Source of the DNA: Acidimicrobiales bacterium
GTDB taxonomy: Bacteria; Actinomycetota; Acidimicrobiia; Acidimicrobiales; Aldehydirespiratoraceae
DNA length: 64,000 bases
Reading direction: 5' to 3'
NCBI GenBank assembly: GCA_040219515.1
Contig: JAVJSI010000005.1
Location: 145,243 to 209,242 of the forward strand
Shown here: piece after piece, positions 19,580-28,154 of the stretch
Layout of the letters: each line of letters opens with the position of its first letter
How positions within the stretch are numbered: the first letter of the stretch is position 1
Notes under the pieces: generated by a model
Seen by the model: only the letters and a program-made list of their open reading frames with translations
Told to the model about the DNA's origin: nothing
Databases searched by the model: none
Position numbers and translations under genes: made by a program

Positions 19580-19667
19580 GAGGATGTGACCCTAGCCCAG
19601 GAGGAGCTGCCGACCCAGAACCAGGCATCAACGGTCGGTGCCTGGGCCCAGTGTCTTTTCGTAGGCA

Positions 19668-20105
19668 GTGCTCAGATCCCGTAGTGTCGAGTCGATGCCG
19701 GACAACGAACGTGTTGGATTCTTGGGCCGAGCATGGATCGTTGGTGTCTTCGCCTATGCCGTATTTAGGGCGTTGCTGGTTTGGCCGACGCTGGGGGACT
19801 ACGGGATCAACCCGTGGGCGTTCCTCGTGATCGACGTGGGCACGGCGTGGCCGTATGCGTACGGGCAGGTCCGGGTGGTCAACGAGGCGCGGGCGCAGAA
19901 CTGGGGCGGCACGCAGTTGTGGGCGCTGATCGCGATGCTGTCCTTCATCGCTCCGTACGCCTACATCGCGGGTGCCGGCTCCGGCGAGATGCCGCTTCTC
20001 GCCTGGATCGTGATCGGTCTGCTCATGGTGTTCTTCGGCGTGGCGTCATTGATTCGAGTGCTTCGGCAGATCCGCAGCGCCGACCCGACATCGCTTCAGC
20101 CGTAG
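19668..20105 (+). CDS. Hypothetical integral membrane protein, 145 aa.
   Basis: Four predicted TM helices. No recognisable motif. Confidence 0.5.
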   Translation: MLRSRSVESMPDNERVGFLGRAWIVGVFAYAVFRALLVWPTLGDYGINPWAFLVIDVGTAWPYAYGQVRVVNEARAQNWGGTQLWALIAMLSFIAPYAYIAGAGSGEMPLLAWIVIGLLMVFFGVASLIRVLRQIRSADPTSLQP

Positions 20106-20146
20106 CGCCGTGGGCGGTGCAGCGGCACACCGCTAGCGTTGTCGGC

Positions 20147-20602
20147 ATGACGACGGTCTTCTCCGCCCCCGATGAACTCCTCGACGCGGTCGGCCGCGAC
20201 CTCGGGGCCAGCGAGTGGGTCAGTATCGATCAGGCTCGCATCGACCAGTTCGCCGAGGCCACCGGCGATCACCAGTGGATCCATGTCGACCCTGTCGCTG
20301 CCGCCGATGGGCCCTTCGGAGCAACGATCGCCCACGGCTACCTCACGCTGGCCCTCACCAACCAGTTCCTGCCAGAGATCATGCAGGTGAACGGTGTCTC
20401 GATGGGCGTGAACTACGGCGCGAACAAGGTCCGCTTCCCGCAACCGGTCACCGTCGACAGCCGTGTTCGCGGCACTGCGACGATCACCGAAGCCACCGAG
20501 ATCGACGGTGGCGTCCAGGTCGTGGTCACCATCACGGTGGAAATCGACGGGCAGGCGAAGCCGGCGTGTGTCGTCGAGTCGGTCAGCCGGTTCCTCCGGT
20601 GA
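20147..20602 (+). CDS. MaoC-like (R)-specific enoyl-CoA hydratase (hotdog fold).
   Basis: DQARIDQFAEATGDHQWIHVD...TIAHGYLTL matches the MaoC dehydratase motif. Start at the ATG at 20147. Confidence 0.8.
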   Translation: MTTVFSAPDELLDAVGRDLGASEWVSIDQARIDQFAEATGDHQWIHVDPVAAADGPFGATIAHGYLTLALTNQFLPEIMQVNGVSMGVNYGANKVRFPQPVTVDSRVRGTATITEATEIDGGVQVVVTITVEIDGQAKPACVVESVSRFLR

Positions 20603-20618
20603 ACGAAGGGCGGAACTG

Positions 20619-21563
20619 ATGGCAAAGCGAAAGCGTCGCAACGGACCCGTCACCAAGGTCGGCCCGTCGCTGCCGCCGGTCACCGCCGGTCTGCAGAGCC
20701 CGATGCGGCGTGTGCCGGCGGAGATCGCCCGTCCGCCCTATGCGGTGTCGGGTGATCCCGGCCCCTCGGTCAGCCCTGTTGTCCGCACCGACGACGAGAT
20801 CGCTGCGATGCGCAGGACGGGTTCCGTCGCGGCCGAGATCCTCCTCCGCGCCGGGGAACTCGTCCGGCCGGGAATCACGACCGACGAGATCGATCGGGTC
20901 GTTCACGACCTCAGCATCGACGCCGGCGGATATCCGAGCCCGCTGAACTATCGCGGCTACCCGAAGTCGGTGTGCACCTCGGTCAACGAGGTGATCTGCC
21001 ACGGGATCCCCGATTCTCGACCCCTCGCCGACGGCGACATCATCAACATCGACGTCACGCTGTATCGCGACGGTGTGCACGGCGACACCTCGGCGACGTT
21101 CCTCGTTGGTGACGTCGACTCGCAGTCGATCGATCTGGTCCGGGTGACCCTCGAATCCCTCAACCTCGCCATCGACGCAGTCACCCCGGGGGGACCCGTA
21201 CGCGACATCGGTCAGGCGATCGAGCGTCACGCGGCGAAGCACCGTCTCGGCGTCGTGCGCGATTTCATCGGCCACGGAGTTGGCACAGAGTTCCACACCA
21301 GTCTCCAGATCCCGCACTACTACGACCGTCGGCAGACGACCCCGCTCGAGGTCGGCACGACGTTCACGATCGAGCCGATGCTCACATTGGGCGATCCCGA
21401 TGCGGCGATGTGGGACGACGGCTGGACCGCCGTGACGATCGATGGCACGCGCACCGCACAGTTCGAGCACACACTGCTGATGACCGAGGGCGGCGCCGAG
21501 CGTCTCACCGTCACGGCGGCAGGTGAGTGTGCCCACGACCGGTTCACCGCTGCCGCGGTCTGA
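20619..21563 (+). CDS. map: Type I methionine aminopeptidase with an N-terminal extension.
   Basis: The metal-ligand pattern ...CHGIPD...DIINIDVT...HGVG...EPM... is present. Start at the ATG at 20619 (MAKRKRR). Confidence 0.9.
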   Translation: MAKRKRRNGPVTKVGPSLPPVTAGLQSPMRRVPAEIARPPYAVSGDPGPSVSPVVRTDDEIAAMRRTGSVAAEILLRAGELVRPGITTDEIDRVVHDLSIDAGGYPSPLNYRGYPKSVCTSVNEVICHGIPDSRPLADGDIINIDVTLYRDGVHGDTSATFLVGDVDSQSIDLVRVTLESLNLAIDAVTPGGPVRDIGQAIERHAAKHRLGVVRDFIGHGVGTEFHTSLQIPHYYDRRQTTPLEVGTTFTIEPMLTLGDPDAAMWDDGWTAVTIDGTRTAQFEHTLLMTEGGAERLTVTAAGECAHDRFTAAAV

Positions 21564-21588
21564 GCGGCCTGGGAACGGGAGCCCGCAG

Positions 21589-23043
21589 TCACGCGCTGAC
21601 CAGCGAGAAACCCACCGAGCGCTCGATCGGGTCGGCACGGTCGAGTCTCACCGTGACCTCTGACCCCAGCGTGAGTCCGGTGGCAGGGATTCGAGCCACG
21701 ACCGCAGGGTCGGCCAGCTGGAGTCGACCGCGATTGCGTTCCGCGTCGACATCGGTGACGACCGCGCGAAACTCCTCGCCCACGCGGGGCTCGAGAACGA
21801 CGGCCTCGACGTAGTCGACCACGGCGCTCTCGAGGTTCCGGTCTCGTTGACTGGCCGCGCCCATGAGGCCGGGCAACTCGTCGAGTGCCTCCACCGCCCA
21901 TGTCGGCGGTTCGTGCATCGCGCAGTGGGCGAGCACGATCTCGTTCGCGAAACGATCGCACAGCCGACGCAGCGGCGCGGTGACATGGGCGTAGGTCGAC
22001 GCGATCGCGGAGTGGAGGGGATCCGCAGGCACGTCGTGTCCCTCGAACGCGACGTAGCCGGCACCACGCAGACCTCTGGCGGCCTGGCTCAACAGCGCAG
22101 CCCGCGCCGGGGTGTCGGGCCGGAGCCGGCGCACGCGCTCGGCGTAGCCGACGTCGTCGGGCCACTCGACGCCCAGCGCACGGGCGGTTCGCCGGATCTG
22201 ATCGATCGTCTCCGGCTCCGGTTCCGGAAGTGTGCGGAGGATGCCGACGCCGGCGTCGAGCATGATGTGGCTCGCCGCGATGCCGGTCAGGAGTGAGATC
22301 TGTGCATTCCAGTCCTCGACCACCAGGCTCACGTCGTATTCGAGCTGATATGCACCGTCATCGCCGCGAACGACTTCCTGGGCGGGCAGCGCAAGGCTCA
22401 CCGCCCCGCGGCGTCGCTCCTGTTCGATGCGCTGTTCACCGATCGTCCGGAGCAGGGCGAGTGATGGGGAGGCGGCGCCACCGTCGATCATCGTCTGGGC
22501 ATCGGCATAGGTGAGCTGCGCCGTGTTGATGACGCGAGCTCGCTCGAGATGAGCGTCAATGACCTCACCAGCGTCGTCCAGGTCGATCGTCCACAGCAGC
22601 GCTTGGCGTTCCTGGCCCGTGAGCAGGCTGCCGGCGTCCTCGTTGATGCTCTCGGGATGCAGCGACGTTCGCAGGTCGGGGCTGTAAAGCGTCACCCCGC
22701 GAGCGCGGGCTTCGAGGTCGACGAGGCCGCCCGGCGGAACGAGGGCCGCCACATCGGCAATCGCGTAGAAGACACGGTGCCCATTGCCGTGCGGCTCCGC
22801 CGCGAACGCTTGATCGAGGTCTCGTGAGCCCGGCGGGTCGATGGCCACGAAGGGGATGTCGGTGGCGTTTCTGACGGCGTTGCTGGCGCCCGGGGGGATC
22901 TGGGGCCCGGCGGCGCGTGACCGGTCGGCCGCGGCCACGACGTCGGGGCTGAACGCGGCCGGTACGTCCAGCTGGTCGCGGATACGGCGGAAACCAGCGA
23001 CCACTGCGGGGTCGGGTGGGCAGTGAACGACACGACTCGGCAC
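21589..23043 (-). CDS. RNB-domain exoribonuclease (RNase II/R family).
   Basis: RNB motifs are present (AIDPPGSRDLDQAF...LYSPD...). The ORF extends to 23652, but its N-terminal part is R/S-rich and overlaps the upstream gene. I propose a GTG start at 23043 with AGGG four nucleotides upstream. Confidence 0.75.
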   Translation of the reverse strand: MPSRVVHCPPDPAVVAGFRRIRDQLDVPAAFSPDVVAAADRSRAAGPQIPPGASNAVRNATDIPFVAIDPPGSRDLDQAFAAEPHGNGHRVFYAIADVAALVPPGGLVDLEARARGVTLYSPDLRTSLHPESINEDAGSLLTGQERQALLWTIDLDDAGEVIDAHLERARVINTAQLTYADAQTMIDGGAASPSLALLRTIGEQRIEQERRRGAVSLALPAQEVVRGDDGAYQLEYDVSLVVEDWNAQISLLTGIAASHIMLDAGVGILRTLPEPEPETIDQIRRTARALGVEWPDDVGYAERVRRLRPDTPARAALLSQAARGLRGAGYVAFEGHDVPADPLHSAIASTYAHVTAPLRRLCDRFANEIVLAHCAMHEPPTWAVEALDELPGLMGAASQRDRNLESAVVDYVEAVVLEPRVGEEFRAVVTDVDAERNRGRLQLADPAVVARIPATGLTLGSEVTVRLDRADPIERSVGFSLVSA

Positions 23044-23065
23044 GGCCGGGACCCTACCGTTCGTC

Positions 23066-24571
23066 TCAGCGGGAGCTGGCCCGGCCGGGACGCGGCAGCT
23101 CGATCCAGATCTTTCCGGGAAGGATGCGAAGGTCCGTGCCGTCCGGAAGGGTGAAGTCGGTTTGATCGGCGATGGCGTTGCGGATCCATGACACGGGCAT
23201 GAGTTGGCCGGCGGTGAGCACCCATGCCTCGCCGCTGCCGACCGTGACTGCCTCGGGCGACGACTGATCGGCGGGAGAGGGCCGATAGTCGACGAACTGC
23301 AATACGACGGTGGTGGGAGCCACGCGGACACCCTCGGTGTCGACGGTCGGTTCTCCGTCCTGCGTGCGGTCCCAGCCCGTGCCGTTCCACGCGTAGTCGA
23401 CCGTCGAACTGCCGTAGTCGATCGAGACGCCCTCGACGGCGGTGGCGCCGTCGGGCAGCGACTCGCCCGTGCTTCGGAACGAGAAGATCGGGAGTGGCGT
23501 GCCGGCGTTCTCCAGATCGCGACCGAGGACCCACAGGTTGAACGCATTGGTGAAGAGGTTGTGCGGCGCCCGGCGTGCACTCTCGCGGTAGTAGGCCTCG
23601 TTGAACGCGTTGACACCCACGTCGACAAGCGTCGAGGTGGCGAGGGCGCCACGCGCCCCCCGGTTGCCGCCGGAGTTCGCGAAGAGCGGACCGTTCAGCT
23701 GGGCGAGAAGATCGAGGTCGCCGGTCCGCATCGAACGAACGGGTCCCACCACCTCGGCGCCCTGCGAATGGAAAATCGCCGCGAGACGGGTGAGGCCACC
23801 CTCGACCTCTTCGACGTAGACGATGTCCGCCTGGTTGATGCCGGCCTGGGGGCGAGCGGCGCGCACGTTGTCGATCTTCACCGCGAGTGCCGGACGGGTC
23901 GGATCGTCGAATGTCGTCTGTCCGGTGAGAACGGCACCCGCCTCCAGCTGGCGGAGCTCCTCGATCCGGATGATGAGGTCGGAGAGCTCGTCGGAGAGCT
24001 CCGTGCGTCGGGCCCCGGTCGTACGGATCTGCTCCTCGACGGCGGTGAGCAACTCGCCCGTGGCGCCGACCTGGTCTCGAGCGTTGGCGAGCTCGGTCGC
24101 GAGTTCCGTCAGGCGATCATCGATGACCGCGAGTCGACCCAGTGTGTCGTCGATCACCGACTCGTAGAGTGCCCGCCGCCGGCTGGGCTCGTCGTCGCCT
24201 TCGAGTGTGCGAACCTCATTGAGCATCTCGTTCTGTCGCGGATCGCCGCGCGTGAAGCCGAAGATCGCGATCTCCACGCGGGTCGACGCCGGCTCTTCAC
24301 GGGTGAAGGCGGTCCACTCGATGTCGTCCGCGATGAGCTCGACGCCGATGCGCTGGTCGTTCTGCTGTTCTTCCAGCGAGCGACGCTCGAGGGCCAGCTG
24401 CTCGAGCTCGGCATCGATCTCGCCGATCTCGATCGTCAACTCGTCCCGGCGACTCTGGAGCTCGTCGAGTTGGCCAGGATCGATCTGCGCGTTCGCAGGG
24501 GGGACCGCGAGCATGGCGCCGGCCGCGGCGACGCACAGCGCGCCCAGGAGTGTTCGATGGTGTGGACGCAT
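23066..24571 (-). CDS. Secreted DUF3048-domain protein with a long N-terminal coiled coil.
   Basis: Signal peptide (LLGALCVAAAGAMLAVPPANA), then about 200 aa of heptad-rich sequence, then a DUF3048/YerB-like core (PALAVKIDN...ADIVYVEEVEGGLTRLAAIF). Confidence 0.65.
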   Translation of the reverse strand: MRPHHRTLLGALCVAAAGAMLAVPPANAQIDPGQLDELQSRRDELTIEIGEIDAELEQLALERRSLEEQQNDQRIGVELIADDIEWTAFTREEPASTRVEIAIFGFTRGDPRQNEMLNEVRTLEGDDEPSRRRALYESVIDDTLGRLAVIDDRLTELATELANARDQVGATGELLTAVEEQIRTTGARRTELSDELSDLIIRIEELRQLEAGAVLTGQTTFDDPTRPALAVKIDNVRAARPQAGINQADIVYVEEVEGGLTRLAAIFHSQGAEVVGPVRSMRTGDLDLLAQLNGPLFANSGGNRGARGALATSTLVDVGVNAFNEAYYRESARRAPHNLFTNAFNLWVLGRDLENAGTPLPIFSFRSTGESLPDGATAVEGVSIDYGSSTVDYAWNGTGWDRTQDGEPTVDTEGVRVAPTTVVLQFVDYRPSPADQSSPEAVTVGSGEAWVLTAGQLMPVSWIRNAIADQTDFTLPDGTDLRILPGKIWIELPRPGRASSR

Positions 24572-24647
24572 GAGTCGTGTTCCGCGGTAGTTCTACCGCT
24601 CCGCGGGCCCAACCGTACCGGCCGGACGTGGACAGGTACGGTCAGGT

Positions 24648-25133
24648 ATGGCTGCCACCGCTGACGTCATGGAATTCACACGACGCGACGTGTCCCCGGT
24701 AGTCGCCCGGATGGAGGAATTGGCCGACCGGGGAGACGGCTGGATGAATCTCGGGCCGGGCCTGACGCCCGAGGAATTCGCTTCGCTTCCCGCGCAATCA
24801 ACGGTGGGGAAGTGGGTGTCGGGGCGCGGGCCCGCGGTACCGATGGCGACCTGGACCCCGGCACCTCGACGGGGACGAGGTCGACTCGCCCAGATCGGGA
24901 TCTCCCACGGCACCGGCCCGAATGCGCTCGCGAGACTCGAGTCCGATGGGGTCGTGCTGCCGGCGGACTGGCAGAAGAAGCAGGATCACGCGAAGCACGG
25001 CATCGTCGTCGAGCTGCCGGACTCCGCAGAGTCCGGCATAGTTCTCACGTGGTTGTTCCGGGCGATGGTCGTGCTGTCGCCTCGCGTCGCGGTGGGCGAG
25101 AACTGGATCGCGGAGTTCTACGGTTCGTCGTGA
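24648..25133 (+). CDS. Hypothetical protein, 161 aa.
   Basis: ORF with no recognisable motif. Its 3' end overlaps the convergent ORF at 25118. Confidence 0.4.
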   Translation: MAATADVMEFTRRDVSPVVARMEELADRGDGWMNLGPGLTPEEFASLPAQSTVGKWVSGRGPAVPMATWTPAPRRGRGRLAQIGISHGTGPNALARLESDGVVLPADWQKKQDHAKHGIVVELPDSAESGIVLTWLFRAMVVLSPRVAVGENWIAEFYGSS

Positions 25134-25528
25134 TCGGTTGCGGGCTGGGTCCAGGCCCGGTCGAATGAGAGGCGTACGACGAGGTCAGGCTCGACACCGG
25201 GATGACCGTCGTGACACTGAAGGCCGAGATCGTCGCCGTGGTCATCGATCACGATCCGGGCGTCGCCCACCCACGCCTGGATGAGGTCGCTGTCTCGCCA
25301 GACATTCCAGATGCGCAGGTCGCCGGCATCGGTCGTGCGGACCTCGACCCGTTCCGGTGAGGTGTCGGTCCACAGCACGACATGGGAGGCCTCGACCGAG
25401 CCGACCCTCAGCGGGTGGTCGGCCTCGAGCGCGAGACCCTGGGGTCGCTGGGAGGTGTGCGACTCGCGTTCGACGGTGATGGTGGTGTCGGCGGCCACGC
25501 CGATGGTCATGTGTGTCACCGGGCTCAT
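25118..25528 (-). CDS. Hypothetical protein, 136 aa.
   Basis: Last gene of the minus-strand operon. The ATGA overlap with the upstream gene suggests translational coupling. Confidence 0.4.
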   Translation of the reverse strand: MSPVTHMTIGVAADTTITVERESHTSQRPQGLALEADHPLRVGSVEASHVVLWTDTSPERVEVRTTDAGDLRIWNVWRDSDLIQAWVGDARIVIDDHGDDLGLQCHDGHPGVEPDLVVRLSFDRAWTQPATDHDEP

Positions 25529-26265
25529 CCATCAGCCTCGAACGGGTCGACCGGCTCGCGACCCCAGCTCGCTCGGCCGCTCTTGGCGTCGACGACCGCC
25601 TTCTCGTCGAGCCCCGTGATGGGGTTTCGGCGGCGAGGTGCCTTTCCCGCGGCCAGCAGCGCTCGGTTGTCCTCACCCCATCCCCCGGAGATCGCGTGGT
25701 TCTTCCACACGCGGCCCCGCACCGTGCCCGACGCGGGTTCGTTGCCCTTCGCCGTGAGTGCAAGTGGGTCGTCGCCCACCGTCCACCCCACGGCTCGGGG
25801 CTCGGGCTCGTCGGGTCCGTCCTGCTCGGGCTCGACTGGTTCGTCGGTCTCGGGCCCGTCGGACTCGGGTTCGGTCATGTCGGTGTCGGCGTCGAGATCG
25901 ATGCCCTCATCGTCGGAGTGGAGGCCGTCGACCTCACGCGATACGACGTCGACGGCACCCTCGCGCTCCTCCACGACGAGCGAGTCGTCGATCCGGCGGA
26001 CCTCGGTCTCCTGGTCGCTCGTCCAGTTCAGGCGGAGACTCGATGCGCCATACGCGTCGCGTAGGGCGGCCCTCACCGAGGCATCCTCGTCCAGTCGACG
26101 GCGGGCTCGCTCGGCCTTTCGCGCCGCGCGGTCGAGGGGTTGCCGTTCGCCCCTCGGTCGGAAGTGGCCGCGGTTGGGATTTCCGAGCCAGTCGAGGGCG
26201 ATCAGGAGAGCGACGAGAACGATCCACCCGACGATGAACGAGAAGATGATGCGGTCGGACGACAT
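25525..26265 (-). CDS. Membrane-anchored protein with an acidic linker and a conserved C-terminal domain.
   Basis: The start is trimmed to MSSDRIIFSFIVGWIVLVALLIAL, a single TM helix. A D/E-rich linker and a C-terminal GRVWKNHAISGGWGE...NPITGLDEKAVVDAKSG follow. The start is 2 nt after the nucleoside hydrolase stop. Confidence 0.5.
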   Translation of the reverse strand: MSSDRIIFSFIVGWIVLVALLIALDWLGNPNRGHFRPRGERQPLDRAARKAERARRRLDEDASVRAALRDAYGASSLRLNWTSDQETEVRRIDDSLVVEEREGAVDVVSREVDGLHSDDEGIDLDADTDMTEPESDGPETDEPVEPEQDGPDEPEPRAVGWTVGDDPLALTAKGNEPASGTVRGRVWKNHAISGGWGEDNRALLAAGKAPRRRNPITGLDEKAVVDAKSGRASWGREPVDPFEADG

Positions 26266-26267
26266 GG

Positions 26268-27197
26268 TCAGGTTGCAGGGAGCGAGATGATCGCGTCGAC
26301 GATGAGGTCGATGACGGCCGGCGCGTCGACGGTGCGCAGGACCTTCACGGTGGGGTTCCCGGCCGCGTCGGCTCGGGTGTCGACCACGGTCATGCCCCGG
26401 GTGTGGACCCCTTCGAGTTCGATCTCGACATGGTTGTTCGTTCCGCCGAAGAGCTCGGGATGGGTGACCGCGATGACGGCGCTGGCATCGTGGATCGGCG
26501 CGCCCGCCCAACCGGACAGCTCACCGGCTCGATCGACGGCGTAGTCGAGCAGGTCGGCTGCCAGTCGGGCCGACGCGGTGTCGGCGGCCCGCATGGCGTC
26601 GCGTTCTGCCGATCCCATCAGGACCTGGTGGGTGACATCGAGACCGACCATTGTGATCGGGCCACCGTCGCGAAAGACGATGGCGGCCGCCTCGGGATCC
26701 GCCCAGATGTTGAACTCGGCCGTGGCCGTGACGTTTCCGCCGACCGCTGCGCCCCCCATGATCGTGATGCCGCTGAGTCGAGACGGCAGTGTCGGATCGG
26801 CCTGGAGCGCGAGCGCGATGTTGGTCAGCGGTCCGACGGGCACCAGGTGGAGCCCGCTGACGGAGCGGGCCATGTCGAGAATGAACGCAACGGCGTCATC
26901 GGAATCGACGGTCCGGGTGACATCGGGGATCACGACAGAGCCGAGGCCGGTCGGGCCATGGACGTGGGAGGCGTCCATCGGTTCGTTCACCAGTGGCTTT
27001 GCCGCGCCGCGGTGGATGGGAACTTCGATCCCCGCGACCTGGGCCACGGCCAACGCGTTGTGGGTGGTGTGGTCGAGCCCCACGTTTCCGTTGACCGTGG
27101 TGATGCCGACCAGGTCGGCCAGTTTCGACGCGGTCAGCAGCGCGATCGCGTCGTCGAGTCCCGGGTCGCAGTCGATGAGCATCGGCACGGAGGACAT
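26268..27197 (-). CDS. Inosine-uridine preferring nucleoside hydrolase.
   Basis: DCDPGLDDAIAL is the Asp-cluster calcium-site motif of the IU-NH family. Confidence 0.85.
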   Translation of the reverse strand: MSSVPMLIDCDPGLDDAIALLTASKLADLVGITTVNGNVGLDHTTHNALAVAQVAGIEVPIHRGAAKPLVNEPMDASHVHGPTGLGSVVIPDVTRTVDSDDAVAFILDMARSVSGLHLVPVGPLTNIALALQADPTLPSRLSGITIMGGAAVGGNVTATAEFNIWADPEAAAIVFRDGGPITMVGLDVTHQVLMGSAERDAMRAADTASARLAADLLDYAVDRAGELSGWAGAPIHDASAVIAVTHPELFGGTNNHVEIELEGVHTRGMTVVDTRADAAGNPTVKVLRTVDAPAVIDLIVDAIISLPAT

Positions 27198-27235
27198 CTC
27201 GGAAAGGGTACGTCGTGAGGGGCGGTCGGCGACCG

Positions 27236-28087
27236 TCAGCCCAACAGCGCGTCGACTTCGGCTGCGGTCGGGAGCGATGGTTGGGCGCCCGGTCGAAGGG
27301 TGGTGACGGCACCCACGCGGACGGCCCAGCGCACGGCATCGAACACGTCGAGGCCGCGGACGAGTGCATCGGCCATGGCGCCACAGAACGAGTCGCCGGC
27401 TCCAGTCGTGTCCACGGGGCGGACGCTCGGCGCGGGGATGTGTTCGCTCCGGTCGGCGGTGACCACGAGAGCACCCTCGCCCCCAAGGGTGACGACCACT
27501 GTCGGGGAGGGAAGTCGGCGCGCCAGGTCGGCGGCGATGCCGGCGTCGACCGAACCGTCGAAGCCGGTGAGCGTCGCGAGTTCGGTCTGATTCGGAACGA
27601 GGATGTCGACCGCCTCGAGCAGGGCCGACGGCAACGGCTCGGGTGGGGCGGGGGCGGGGTTCAAGATGACGGTGCCGCCCGCAGCGATCGCCGCCGCAGT
27701 GACGGCTTCGACCGGGATCTCGAGTTGAAGGAGCACGACGGTTGCCGCGCTGACGAGCGGGCCGGCGGCGGCGACATCATTCGCGTTCACCCGGGCGTTG
27801 GCGCCGGGACTCACGACGATGGCGTTGTCGCCATCGGCATTCACGGCGATCAGCGCAACCCCGTTCGGTGTGTCGGGGGTGTCGAGAAGCGCGCTGGTGT
27901 CGACGCCGTCGAGGTCGAGCGCCCCCCGAAGAATGGTGCCACCGTCGTCGGTTCCCACCCGGCCGACCATCGCCACGCGGCGGCCGAGACGGGCCGCGGC
28001 CACGGCTTGATTCGCACCCTTGCCGCCGGGGATACGGCGGAGGTCGCCGCCCAGGACGGTCTCGCCCACGAGCGGCACGCTGGCCAC
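27236..28087 (-). CDS. rbsK: Ribokinase (PfkB family).
   Basis: GGKGANQA, the catalytic GAGD motif near the C-terminus (GAGDSFCGA) and NQTELATL. The conserved N-terminal strand TPEITVVGSANLDLVVDV is encoded in frame upstream at 28088-28144, without an ATG/GTG/TTG. Confidence 0.8.
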   Translation of the reverse strand: MASVPLVGETVLGGDLRRIPGGKGANQAVAAARLGRRVAMVGRVGTDDGGTILRGALDLDGVDTSALLDTPDTPNGVALIAVNADGDNAIVVSPGANARVNANDVAAAGPLVSAATVVLLQLEIPVEAVTAAAIAAGGTVILNPAPAPPEPLPSALLEAVDILVPNQTELATLTGFDGSVDAGIAADLARRLPSPTVVVTLGGEGALVVTADRSEHIPAPSVRPVDTTGAGDSFCGAMADALVRGLDVFDAVRWAVRVGAVTTLRPGAQPSLPTAAEVDALLG

Positions 28088-28154
28088 GTCGACGACGAGG
28101 TCGAGGTTGGCGCTTCCGACGACGGTGATCTCGGGGGTGTCCAGGAGAGGCTCC

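Noticed and set aside
19580-19667. The inverted repeat CCAGGCA-N11-TGCCTGG between the N-acyl amino acid synthase gene and the membrane protein gene.
   Set aside because: It has short (7-bp) arms and a long spacer. This is plausible by chance, so I did not report it as a feature.
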